DNA of 64,000 nt, taken from assembly GCA_965652415.1 (NCBI GenBank), contig CBFGVH010000003.1:4782-68781 (forward strand), given 5' to 3'. Under the pieces are notes generated by a model, which was not told the origin of the DNA, made no database searches, and was given only the letters and a program-made list of their open reading frames with translations. Positions 9,160-19,421 of the stretch are shown here, piece after piece. A program made the translations under genes and the position numbers. Every line of letters begins with the position of its first letter. Position 1 is the first letter of the stretch. This stretch comes from an uncultured Gammaproteobacteria bacterium (GTDB lineage: Bacteria; Pseudomonadota; Gammaproteobacteria; Arenicellales; CAJQKF01).

Positions 9160-11205
9160 TCAGGCGGCGAGCCCGCTGTGGCGGAGCAGCGCCTCGACAT
9201 CGGGTTTGCGGCCGCGAAACGCGACGAACAGGTCCATCGCGTCCCGGGCGCCGCCGGCTTCGAGTATGTTAACCAAAAACGACCGGCCCGTGTCGCGATC
9301 GAAGATGCCGGTTTCCTCGAACAGGCTGAAGGCGTCTGCCGAGAGCACCTCGGCCCACTTGTAGCTGTAGTAGCCGGCCGCGTAACCACCGCCGAAGATG
9401 TGCGAGAAGCCGTTGGCGAAGCGGTTGAACGGCGGCGGCGTGACGACCGCCACACGCTCGCGCACCGCGTCGAGGACGGACTGCACGCCCTGCCCCGCCG
9501 CCGGGTCGTATCCCGCGTGAAGCTCGAGATCGAACAGGGCGAACTCGATCTGCCTCAGCATCTGCATGGCCGCCTGGAAGTTGCGCGCGGCGCGCAGCCG
9601 CTCGAGCATGTCGGCCGGCAGCGGCTCGCCGGAGTCGACGTGCCCGGAGATCATGCCGAGCGCCTCGGGTTCGAAGCACCAGTTCTCCATGAACTGGCTC
9701 GGCAACTCGACCGCGTCCCAGGCCACGCCGTTGATGCCGGCAACGGCAGCGACGTCGACCCGGGTCAGCATGTGGTGCAGGCCGTGGCCGAACTCGTGAA
9801 ACAGCGTGGTTACCTCGTCGTGGGTGAGCAGCGCCGGCCTGCCGCCGACCGGCGGCGTGAAGTTGCACACCAGGAAGGCCACCGGGTGCTGGATGGAGCC
9901 GCCCGCGAGACGGCGGCCGATGCAGTCGGCCATCCAGGCGCCGCCGCGCTTGTGCGAGCGGGCGTAGAGGTCGACGTAGAAACGACCCCGCAATTCCCCG
10001 GACTCGTCCACGATCTCGAAGAACTTCACCGACTGGTGCCAGAGCTGGGCCCCGCGCGCCGGGCGCACGGTGACGCCGAACAGCCGGTTGACCACCGTGA
10101 ACATCCCGTCCAGCACCCGCGGCAGGGGGAACCAGGGCCGCAACGCCTCCTCGCTGACCTGGTACCTGTCCTCCTTGAGTTTCTCCGAGTACCAGGCGAG
10201 GTCCCAGGCGTTGAGCGCGTCGACGCCGTAGCGCCGGGCGGCGAAATCCTTGAGTTCCCCGAGTTCGCGCCGCGCAGCCGGAAGCGAACGGTCGGCGAGA
10301 TCGAGCAGGAAGGCGCGCACCTCGTCGACCGAGGCGGCCATCTTCGATTCCAGCGAATACTGCGCGTAGTTTTCGAAGCCGAGCAGGGCCGCCTTCTCCT
10401 TGCGCAAGCGCAGGATCTCGTCCATCACCGGCGTGTTGTCGAAGCGCCCGGCGTCAGGTCCGATCTCGCTCGCGCGGGTGACGTAGGCCTCGTAGGCGAG
10501 GCGCCTGAGCTCGGCGTTGTCGGCGTAGGTGAGAAGCGGCACGTAAGAAGGCGCCTTGAGCGTGAACGTATAGCCCGACTCGCCCCGCGAGGCTGCCTCC
10601 TCGCGCGCCAGCTCGAGCGCCGACGCGGGCAGGCCGGCGACATCGTCGCCGTCGGCGACGTTGAGAGAGAACGCGTCGGTCGCGTCCAGCACGTTCTGGC
10701 TGAAGCGGTTGCAAAGGGTCGAAAGCTGCTCGCTGACAGCCTTGAAGCGGCGCCTGGCATCGCCTTTGAGCGCGACACCGCCGAGACGAAAATCGCGCAG
10801 GGCGTTGTCGACGGTCTTGCGACGGGCGTCGTCGAAGGCGGCGAAGTCATCGCCGCGCGAAACCGCCACGAAGCCGCGGTAGAGCCCCTCGTTCTGACCG
10901 AGATCGGTATAGAACGCCGTCAGCAGCTCCAGGCACTCGTCGTGAACGCGCCGCAGGCCCTCGCTGTCCATCACCGCGTTGAGGTGCGAAACCGGCGCCC
11001 ACACCCGCTCGATCCGGTCCTCGATGTCCTCGAGCGGCGCGACGAAGTCGTCCCAGGTGGCATCGTCGCCGAGACGCTCGAGCTCGGCGACGCGCCGGGC
11101 GGCGTCGGACAAGACCGCCTCCACGGCCGGCCGGATATGGGTGACCTCGATGTCGGCGAAACGGGGCAGCGACGAGGTGTCGAGCAGGGGATTGATGGCG
11201 GTCAT
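9160..11205 (-). CDS. prlC: Oligopeptidase A (M3 zinc metallopeptidase)
   Basis: Internal ATG at 11205 gives 681 aa. N-terminus MTAINPLLDTSSLPRFADIEVTHIRPAVEAVL parallels E. coli PrlC. Zinc motif HEFGHGLHHM. Confidence 0.93.
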   Translation of the reverse strand: MTAINPLLDTSSLPRFADIEVTHIRPAVEAVLSDAARRVAELERLGDDATWDDFVAPLEDIEDRIERVWAPVSHLNAVMDSEGLRRVHDECLELLTAFYTDLGQNEGLYRGFVAVSRGDDFAAFDDARRKTVDNALRDFRLGGVALKGDARRRFKAVSEQLSTLCNRFSQNVLDATDAFSLNVADGDDVAGLPASALELAREEAASRGESGYTFTLKAPSYVPLLTYADNAELRRLAYEAYVTRASEIGPDAGRFDNTPVMDEILRLRKEKAALLGFENYAQYSLESKMAASVDEVRAFLLDLADRSLPAARRELGELKDFAARRYGVDALNAWDLAWYSEKLKEDRYQVSEEALRPWFPLPRVLDGMFTVVNRLFGVTVRPARGAQLWHQSVKFFEIVDESGELRGRFYVDLYARSHKRGGAWMADCIGRRLAGGSIQHPVAFLVCNFTPPVGGRPALLTHDEVTTLFHEFGHGLHHMLTRVDVAAVAGINGVAWDAVELPSQFMENWCFEPEALGMISGHVDSGEPLPADMLERLRAARNFQAAMQMLRQIEFALFDLELHAGYDPAAGQGVQSVLDAVRERVAVVTPPPFNRFANGFSHIFGGGYAAGYYSYKWAEVLSADAFSLFEETGIFDRDTGRSFLVNILEAGGARDAMDLFVAFRGRKPDVEALLRHSGLAA

Positions 11206-11231
11206 CGCGCTAAAGCCGGCCTGAAGGGGTT

Positions 11232-11259
11232 CTGACGACGGGCTGATTGCCAATACAAT
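11232..11259 (+). promoter_or_regulatory. Candidate sigma70 promoter for gor (-35 CTGACG, 16-nt spacer, -10 TACAAT)
   Basis: Read directly from the sequence. About 115 nt upstream of the gor GTG. Confidence 0.3.
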
Positions 11260-11264
11260 GCACT

Positions 11265-11290
11265 GCCGGCGGCACACGGGCGCCGCCGGC
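11265..11290 (+). other. 9-bp GC stem-loop (GCCGGCGGC-N8-GCCGCCGGC) in the gor leader / prlC-gor spacer
   Basis: Perfect inverted repeat read from the sequence. No T-tract follows it. Confidence 0.5.
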
Positions 11291-11375
11291 CTGTTCGACG
11301 CCGCCTGACCCACAGGGCCGAACAGTAACGTCCGGGACCCCGGGCCGAGATCCGCCCGTCGGGAAGAACGTCAGC

Positions 11376-12722
11376 GTGAACAACGAGTTTGATTTTATCG
11401 TAATCGGCGGCGGCAGTGGCGGCATCGCCGCGGCCCGGCGCGCCTCGGCCCACGGTGCGCGTACGGCGTTGATAGAGTCCGGCCGCATCGGCGGCACCTG
11501 CGTCAACGTCGGCTGCGTCCCGAAGAAGGTGATGTGGCACGCGGCGCACATGGCCGACAGCTTCGAGCACGCCGCCGACTACGGCTTCGACATCCGCCGC
11601 GAGGGTTTCGACTGGCTGCGCCTGAAAACCGGCCGCGATCGCTACATCGCGCGCCTGAACGGCATCTACGACCGCAACCTGGACGCCTCCGGCGTGGCGC
11701 GCTTCGACGGCCATGGCTCGTTCGTCGACGCGCGCACGGTGGAGGTGGCCGGGCGGCGCCTTTGCGCCCCTCACATCCTCGTCGCGACCGGCGGCCGCCC
11801 CTTGGTACCCGGGGTGCCCGGGGCCGAGCACGGCATCACCAGCGACGGCTTCTTCGAACTCGAGTCTCTGCCGCGGCGGGTGCTGGTGGTGGGCGCGGGT
11901 TATATCGCCACGGAACTGGCCGGGGTGATGAGCAGCCTCGGTGCGGAGGTGACGATGTTGTTGCGCAAGGAGTCGCTGTTGCGCGAGTTCGACAGCACGC
12001 TTCGCGAGACGGTCATGGAGGAGATGCAGCGCGCGGGCATCGGCATACTGACTCGCTTCGCCATTGCCGAGGTGCGCCGCGACGACGCCATCTCGGTGAC
12101 CTCCCGCGACGGCATGCGCATCGACCGCTTCGACTGCCTGCTGTGGGCGATCGGCCGGGTGCCGAACACGGAGAACCTCAATCTCGAGGCGGCGGGAGTC
12201 AGTGTCGACGACGAGCGCTTCATCCGCACCGACGGCTTCCAGAACACCGGCGCCGAGGGGATTTACGCGGTCGGTGACGTCACCGGCCGAATCGCCCTGA
12301 CCCCGGTGGCCATAGCCGCCGGACGGCGCCTCGCCGACCGCCTGTTCGGCGGCCAGGGCGAGGCATGCCTGGACTACGAGGACATTCCGAGCGTGGTCTT
12401 CTCCCATCCGCCGATCGGCACCGTCGGCCTTACCGAGGACGCGGCCCGGGAGCGCTTCGGCAACGACAACGTCAAGGTGTACCAGAGCCGCTTCACCAAC
12501 CTGTACTACGGCATCACCTCGCGCCGCTCGCCGAGCGTGGTGAAACTGGTGACCGTGGGGGACGACGAGCGCGTGGTCGGCTGCCACATGGTCGGCGACG
12601 CCGCCGACGAGGTGATCCAGGGCTTCGCGGTGGCGGTCAGGATGAAGGCGCGCAAGGCGGACTTCGATCGCACCGTGGCCATTCACCCGACCGCCGCCGA
12701 GGAACTGGTGACGCTGCGCTAG
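11376..12722 (+). CDS. gor: Glutathione-disulfide reductase
   Basis: The GTG at 11376 gives (M)[41 protein letters not shown], collinear with E. coli Gor from residue 1. 448 aa. Confidence 0.92.
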   Translation: MNNEFDFIVIGGGSGGIAAARRASAHGARTALIESGRIGGTCVNVGCVPKKVMWHAAHMADSFEHAADYGFDIRREGFDWLRLKTGRDRYIARLNGIYDRNLDASGVARFDGHGSFVDARTVEVAGRRLCAPHILVATGGRPLVPGVPGAEHGITSDGFFELESLPRRVLVVGAGYIATELAGVMSSLGAEVTMLLRKESLLREFDSTLRETVMEEMQRAGIGILTRFAIAEVRRDDAISVTSRDGMRIDRFDCLLWAIGRVPNTENLNLEAAGVSVDDERFIRTDGFQNTGAEGIYAVGDVTGRIALTPVAIAAGRRLADRLFGGQGEACLDYEDIPSVVFSHPPIGTVGLTEDAARERFGNDNVKVYQSRFTNLYYGITSRRSPSVVKLVTVGDDERVVGCHMVGDAADEVIQGFAVAVRMKARKADFDRTVAIHPTAAEELVTLR

Positions 12723-12726
12723 AACG

Positions 12727-12759
12727 GGCGCGGGCGGCCCCAACCGGACCGCCCGCGCC
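12727..12759. terminator. Hairpin between convergent gor and the DegP-family gene (11-bp GC stem GGCGCGGGCGG / CCGCCCGCGCC)
   Basis: Perfect inverted repeat, 5 nt after the gor stop and 20 nt after the protease stop. No U-tract, so the terminator role is inferred from position. Confidence 0.5.
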
Positions 12760-12778
12760 GGGATGAACGCGGCGACGG

Positions 12779-14224
<1,446 letters not shown>

Positions 14225-14308
14225 ACTTTTACCTTTCCGGGTGTTGTCCAGTAATTGACTTGTTTCCGTTGCGATACTCTAAGACGTTCCCTGTGTTCAG
14301 GCTATTAT

Positions 14309-14335
14309 GTAGATGGATGCCCGGATCCAAAGTTA
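14309..14335 (-). promoter_or_regulatory. Candidate sigmaE/AlgU-type promoter for the DegP-family gene (TAACTT-N16-TCTAC)
   Basis: The minus strand reads TAACTT, then 16 nt, then TCTACA, about 85 nt upstream of the ATG. This resembles GAACTT-N16/17-TCTGA. It lies in a locally AT-richer spacer. Confidence 0.3.
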
Positions 14336-14373
14336 AACCACGGAAAATGTAGAAACCTTAAGTCGGCGCGCCT

Positions 14374-15309
14374 TCAGGCCGACGAGCGTTCCAGGTGCTC
14401 GATGATGCGGTGGTGCAGCGGCTCGCCGGCGAACCTCGCCGCTTCCTGCAGCCCCGTCGGGCTCGTCACGTTGACCTCCATCAGCCGACCGCCGATGACG
14501 TCGATGCCGGCGAAGACAATCCCGGCCTCGCGCAGCACCGGGCCCACCGCGGCCGAGATCTCGAGGTCGCGGTCGGTCAGCTCGGTGGCGTTGGCCGAAC
14601 CGCCCTGGTCGAGGTTGTTGAGCTCGGAGCCCTCGGCGTGGAGCCTCAGGACCGCGCCGAGCGGCTCGCCGTCGAGCAGCAGGATGCGCTTGTCGCCCTC
14701 GCTCGCCAGCGGCAGGTAGGCCTGCACGACGATCCAGTGGCGGCCGTGCCCGGTCACCCGCGCGAGCAGCTCGTCGAGGCCCGGCGTGGTGGCGTCGCAG
14801 AACTCGATGCCCTTGCCGCCGTGGCCGTCCACCGGCTTGAGAACGATGCGGCCATGGGCGCCGATGAACTCTCGGATCTTGCCGGGGCGGCTCGTGACGA
14901 GGGTGGGCGGGGTGAGGTCGGGAAACTTCAGGGCGGCGAGCTTCTCGTTGAAGTCGCGGATCGCCGCGGGACGATTGACCGCGCGCACGGAAGGCGGGAG
15001 GAAATCGAGGAACAGCGACGCGTACAGGTAGCGGCGATTCACCGGCGGGTCGGTGCGCTCCCACACCACGTCCACCGAGGCGAGATCGATTTCCTCGACC
15101 TCGAAGGGATCGAAAGGATGCTGCTGATCCTCGCGCACCCGCACCTCGCGCACGTCGGCCACCAGCCGTTCGTGCCTGAGCGTCATCGCGGCGTGACCCG
15201 TGTGATAGACGCGGTGGCCGCGCTCGGCGGCGGCCAGCATGATGAAATAGCTGGTGTCCTTCCACGGCTTCACCGAATCCAGGGGATCCATGATGAAGAC
15301 GTGTCGCAT
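14374..15309 (-). CDS. gshB: Glutathione synthetase
   Basis: 311 aa. MRHVFIMDPLDSVKPWKDTSYFIMLAAAERGH and an ATP-grasp C-terminal half are typical of GshB. Confidence 0.93.
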   Translation of the reverse strand: MRHVFIMDPLDSVKPWKDTSYFIMLAAAERGHRVYHTGHAAMTLRHERLVADVREVRVREDQQHPFDPFEVEEIDLASVDVVWERTDPPVNRRYLYASLFLDFLPPSVRAVNRPAAIRDFNEKLAALKFPDLTPPTLVTSRPGKIREFIGAHGRIVLKPVDGHGGKGIEFCDATTPGLDELLARVTGHGRHWIVVQAYLPLASEGDKRILLLDGEPLGAVLRLHAEGSELNNLDQGGSANATELTDRDLEISAAVGPVLREAGIVFAGIDVIGGRLMEVNVTSPTGLQEAARFAGEPLHHRIIEHLERSSA

Positions 15310-15374
15310 TTTTACCCGTGGCTCGCAGAGGGTGGCAGTCGTTCGGTTCGGGCGGTCGGGCGCTTAAGACCTGG

Positions 15375-16412
15375 TCAGCCCGCGCCGCGGCGGCGCCGGC
15401 GACCGGCGCGACTCGGTTCGCGTGCCGGGGCGCCGCCGCCGGTGCAACAGCGCATGGCACCGGCACTGATCGGGCCGAGCTCGGCCACCACGGTTTCGAC
15501 GGCCGGCGGACCGTCGGCGGCGACCGACTCGAGCGCCTCGCGCATGGCGGCGACGTGTTCCGGGGTGGTGCCACAGCAGCCGCCGATGATGCGCGCGCCG
15601 GCATCGCGGGCCAGCACCGCGTAGCGGGCCATGAGCTCCGGCGTGCCGTTGTAGACGATCTTGCCGTCGTGGTACTCGGGGATGCCGCAATTGGCCTTGG
15701 CGACGAGGTTCGCCTCGCGCCCGGCCAGGGCGGTGTGCATGGTGAGGATGGTCGCCACCACCTCCGAGGCGCCGACGCCGCAGTTGGTGCCGAAGGCGAG
15801 CGGCGCCGGGTCGAGCTCGATGCAGGTGCGGGCAAGGCCGTCGGGGGTGACACCCATCATGGTATTGCCGTTGGTGTCGAAGCTGAGCGTGGAGACGTAG
15901 TCCATCCCCGCCAAACGCGCCGCCTCGGTGGCCGCGCGCAGCTCCTCGGTCGAGGACATCGTCTCCAGCCACAGCACGTCGGCGCCGCCGTCGCGCAGGC
16001 CGCGGGCCTGCTCCTTGAACGCCGCCACCGCGTCGGCGTGGGTCAGGGTGCCCACCGGCTCCAGGATCTCGCCAGTCGGCCCCACGGAGCCGGCGACAAC
16101 CACGGGTCGTCCGGCCTCGTCGGCCGCCCGGCGCGCCAGCTCGGCCGCCGCCTTGTTGATCTCGTGGACCCGTGCTTCGGCCTTGTGCAGCTTCAGCCGG
16201 TAGGACGAACCGCCGAACGAGTTGGTGAGGATGATGTCCGAACCGGCGGCGATGAAGCGCCGGTGCAGGTCGAGAACCCGATCGGGGTGCTCGATGTTCC
16301 ACAGCTCCGGCGCATCGCCGGCGCCGAGCCCCATGTCGAAGTAGTTGGTCCCGGTGGCGCCGTCGGCCAGCAGCCACTGGCGGGTTTCGAGGAGTTCCTG
16401 GAGTTTGTTCAT
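15375..16412 (-). CDS. Homocysteine S-methyltransferase-domain protein (stand-alone Hcy-binding domain, BHMT/MmuM/MetH-N-like)
   Basis: Internal ATG at 16412. LLADGATGTNYF..HRRFIAAGSDIILTNSFGGS. Zinc ligands in NCG and GGCCGTTPEH. Confidence 0.85.
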   Translation of the reverse strand: MNKLQELLETRQWLLADGATGTNYFDMGLGAGDAPELWNIEHPDRVLDLHRRFIAAGSDIILTNSFGGSSYRLKLHKAEARVHEINKAAAELARRAADEAGRPVVVAGSVGPTGEILEPVGTLTHADAVAAFKEQARGLRDGGADVLWLETMSSTEELRAATEAARLAGMDYVSTLSFDTNGNTMMGVTPDGLARTCIELDPAPLAFGTNCGVGASEVVATILTMHTALAGREANLVAKANCGIPEYHDGKIVYNGTPELMARYAVLARDAGARIIGGCCGTTPEHVAAMREALESVAADGPPAVETVVAELGPISAGAMRCCTGGGAPAREPSRAGRRRRRGAG

Positions 16413-16632
16413 CGGGTGGGTGGTATTCGGGAAGACTGGTGGGCGTACCATGGAAAACGGGCCAAAGCGATGCGCTCTATTCTATCGCAAAGCGGCGGTT
16501 CGATCCGCAAATCGCGGCGACGGGAGTGTTGCCCGTCCTGTGGCCTGGTCATGGAACCGGGGCAGTGGCGGGCGTGGCGGGGGTTCTTTCGGGCGTCGCC
16601 CACGCGGAGGCAATCGCGTGCGAGCCATGGCA

Positions 16633-16880
16633 CTGTAGGAGGCAAGCCTTGCAGGCGGTTCTTACGGGGGTTGTGCCCGCCGCATCAATCGCCTGCAGGC
16701 AGGCTCCTACAGCGGCTTCGTTTAGCCTCGAGGGTTGGGCGATGGCACTGTAGGAGCCGGCCTTGCCGGCGATTCCTTCTGACGGCGTGCACACCGATGC
16801 AATCGCCTGCAGGCAGGCTCCTACAGCAGCTTCGTCAGGGGACGGCGATTCTTCCAGCCGCCGGCAAGGCAGGTCGCGCG
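16633..16880. repeat. REP cluster: four well-conserved units in alternating orientation (16633-16661 fwd, 16687-16712 rev, 16748-16775 fwd, 16801-16826 rev) plus a degenerate fifth
   Basis: The 26-nt string AATCGCCTGCAGGCAGGCTCCTACAG occurs identically at 16687 and 16801. Forward units read CTGTAGGAG(G/C)C..GC(A/C)GGCG(G/A)TTC. The period is about 114-115 bp. Confidence 0.85.
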
Positions 16881-16893
16881 GCGCACCTTGGGA

Positions 16894-18015
16894 TCATGGG
16901 CTTCGCTCGAGGAAATCGGCGCTTTTCGCGACCCCGCCGAGGTCGACCGCCGGCGGGGTCGGCTCGGGGGCAGCGAGCAGCTGGTGGACCTCGTCGAGCA
17001 GGGATTGCGGATCAAGATCGGCTTCCCGCAGGACCCGGCAGCGGCCGAGCGCCTCGAATGCGAGCGCGCGCTGGAGCTGCTCCGTCTCGCCGACGCCCTC
17101 GAAGGGCACCAGCAGCGACGGCACGCCGGTGACCAGGATGTCGGCAACCGTGTTGTAGCCCGCCTGGCTGACGAGGCCGGCGGCACGGGCGATGAGCTCG
17201 CGGAAATCCGCGCGGTTGCGCTCCACGGTTGCGTCCCGGCCGGCGGCCTTCACAAGGCGTTGGAATTCGACGTCGTCGAGCGCGCCGCCTACGAGCACCC
17301 TCCAGAGCCGTCCCGAATCGTCACGCCGTGCGGCCTCGATAGCCGCGCGGTACAGGGATTCGCCCGCCGCGCCGCCGCCGGCGGCCACCACCACCGGTGC
17401 GTCGGACCCGACTCGGGAGCGCGCCACCGGCACCGGGGCGACGTAGCCGGTGTACACGATCCTGGTGGTGATCTCCCCGGTGCACTGAAACGATGCGTCA
17501 AAGGGTATGACGGCCGGATCGCCGTGTACCAGCACGCGATCGAACCATTGTCCGACGAGCGCGGCGCTCTCGCGGTCGCGCTCGTGGCTGCGACGCTGCA
17601 CGATGTCGCGCACGGAGCTTGCGACCACGGGTGGCGGGGTCGCTGCGCGGGCGAGGTCGATGAGCGCGCCTATCTCGTCGCGGAACTGCCGCCGGCCGAA
17701 GGGGTAGGATTCGAACACGAGCACCCGGGGGCGCCAGCGATGCCACGCGTCCTCGAGCATGCGACGCCGGCGACTGAACAGCTCTGGCGTCGCGGGCCGG
17801 CCGTCGGCGTCCAGAAGATCACTGAAGTCCGTCCCCCGGCTTTTCACCGGCGGCAGCTGCACGTGCTCGACACCGCGAATGGACAGTCCCGCCACCGGCA
17901 TGCCGCCGGATACGACGACCACGCCGGCGCCGCGACGGGCCAGCTCCTCGGCAACCAGCCGCACCCGCTGCACGTGCCCGCTGCCGAGCAGGTGCTGGAC
18001 GTGGAACAGGATCAA
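16894..18015 (-). CDS. GT-B fold glycosyltransferase (MurG/GT28-C-like, COG4671-like), downstream paralogue
   Basis: The real protein is the C-terminal 373 aa of ORF 16894..18597. The proposed TTG start at 18015 overlaps the upstream stop (TTGA). Motifs FHVQHLLGSGHVQR, AAGGGAAG and QAGYNTVADILVTGVPSLLVP parallel the upstream gene. Confidence 0.75.
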   Translation of the reverse strand: MILFHVQHLLGSGHVQRVRLVAEELARRGAGVVVVSGGMPVAGLSIRGVEHVQLPPVKSRGTDFSDLLDADGRPATPELFSRRRRMLEDAWHRWRPRVLVFESYPFGRRQFRDEIGALIDLARAATPPPVVASSVRDIVQRRSHERDRESAALVGQWFDRVLVHGDPAVIPFDASFQCTGEITTRIVYTGYVAPVPVARSRVGSDAPVVVAAGGGAAGESLYRAAIEAARRDDSGRLWRVLVGGALDDVEFQRLVKAAGRDATVERNRADFRELIARAAGLVSQAGYNTVADILVTGVPSLLVPFEGVGETEQLQRALAFEALGRCRVLREADLDPQSLLDEVHQLLAAPEPTPPAVDLGGVAKSADFLERSP

Positions 18016-19235
18016 AGGGTACCGGAACCCGCCGCTGCCGCACCCGCACCGGCGCCGTCGATGAGGTCGAGAACGCGGGCATTGATGTTCTCCAGCCCTC
18101 CGAGCATGCGGCCGATACCGGCGGCGGAGGGCAGCGGCTGATCGGCCAGCGCGTTCAGTGCATCGACCATCGAGGCGGTATCGCGCGGGCCGTCGCCGTC
18201 CAGGTAGCGCACCAGCCCCAGGGCCCCGGCCCGCTCGACGCGCAGCAGCTGCTCGCGGCGGGGCGTCGAGCGCGGCACCAGCAAGGCGCGCTTGTCGAAG
18301 GAAATGATCTCGCAGAACGTGTTGTAGCCGCCCATGGCCACCACGCCGGCCGCCCGTTCCATCAACAGCTCCATGATCGGCGAAAAGGTGCGCGCGGTGA
18401 CGTTGTCGAGCCGCTCGATGCGGCGGATGAAATCGTGCCGCTCGCGTATCGGCATGAACGGCCCGAGCACCACGAGCGCGGGATAGCGTATCGGCGCGCC
18501 GCTCTCGTAGGCGCGCAGCACCCAGTCGACGAGGTCGTGGCCGTCGCCGCCGCCGCCACTGGTGACCAGCAGGTACGGGGCGGCGGGCACCTGCCACTCG
18601 CGGTGGGAGGCCTTGGGTGCGTGGCGCATGATGTAGCCCGTGAACACGAGGCGGTCGAGGATGGAATGCGGCAGGCCGACGCCGCGCAGCGGGTTGCCCA
18701 TGTCCTTGTGACCGTACACCCAGATCTCGTCGTAGAAATCATCGAGCACCGCGGCGATGTCGCGGCGCGACCACTCCTGCTTCAGCGCCTGCGGATCGTC
18801 CATGATGTCCCTCAGCCCCAGCACCACCCGGGTGCCGCGGTCGCGGAAGTACTCCAGGGTCTCGCGCACCTCGCCGCGCAGCCCGAGTGGCTCCTTGTCG
18901 ACCAGGAACAGGTCGGGGTCGAACACCTTGGCGGTGTGGCTGATGATCGACGAGCGGATCGACAGCGTCTGGGCGAGATCGATGTGGGTATTGAGCGAGG
19001 TGTAGTCGCCGTTGCGCAGCTTGACCACGCTCGGTATGCGGACGAAGTCGACCCGGGCGCGAAAATCGAAGCTGCCGATGATGGGCGAACCCGAGAGAAT
19101 GAGAACTCTCAGGCCCTTGTACTGGTCTACCAGGGAATGGGCAATCTCCCGGCAGCGCCGAAGGTGCCCGAGGCCGAACGAGTCGTGACTGTAAATCAGG
19201 ACGTTGGCATTATCGAGGCGCTGGGAGATACTCAT
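18012..19235 (-). CDS. GT-B fold glycosyltransferase (MurG/GT28-C-like, COG4671-like), upstream paralogue
   Basis: 407 aa. YSHDSFGLGHLRRCREIA, LVTSGGGGDGHDL and MGGYNTFCEIISFDKRALLVPR (a nucleotide-sugar-binding C-terminal domain like MurG/Alg13). Confidence 0.8.
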   Translation of the reverse strand: MSISQRLDNANVLIYSHDSFGLGHLRRCREIAHSLVDQYKGLRVLILSGSPIIGSFDFRARVDFVRIPSVVKLRNGDYTSLNTHIDLAQTLSIRSSIISHTAKVFDPDLFLVDKEPLGLRGEVRETLEYFRDRGTRVVLGLRDIMDDPQALKQEWSRRDIAAVLDDFYDEIWVYGHKDMGNPLRGVGLPHSILDRLVFTGYIMRHAPKASHREWQVPAAPYLLVTSGGGGDGHDLVDWVLRAYESGAPIRYPALVVLGPFMPIRERHDFIRRIERLDNVTARTFSPIMELLMERAAGVVAMGGYNTFCEIISFDKRALLVPRSTPRREQLLRVERAGALGLVRYLDGDGPRDTASMVDALNALADQPLPSAAGIGRMLGGLENINARVLDLIDGAGAGAAAAGSGTL

Positions 19236-19421
19236 CGGAACCGTCGTTCATTCTGAGGTGCCACGTAGCGTGATTGCGCTGCAACATGCCGGTGTCTGCC
19301 GCCGATCGCGCGGGCGCCGGCCATTGCGCGCCGCGGATCGCGTTATTTTCAGGCGCGGTGGTTCCGTATCCCCGTCGCCGCGGCCGCCCGCCGCGCTGCC
19401 GGCCAGGGCGCCGGCGCCGCC

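Noticed and set aside
14225-14373. AT-richer 149-bp spacer as a possible small RNA gene
   Set aside because: No terminator-like hairpin with a U-tract and no recognisable sRNA structure. Its position immediately upstream of the DegP-family gene, with a sigmaE-like motif, fits an ordinary promoter region.
16413-16632. Possible cobalamin or SAM/SAH riboswitch upstream of the homocysteine methyltransferase gene (a GCCACTG string on the minus strand)
   Set aside because: Only that short core-like heptamer is present. I could not find a B12 box, the GGGAA/GGTG elements, or SAM-II/SAH consensus segments. It would need a covariance-model scan (Rfam RF00174, RF00521, RF01057) to be revisited.
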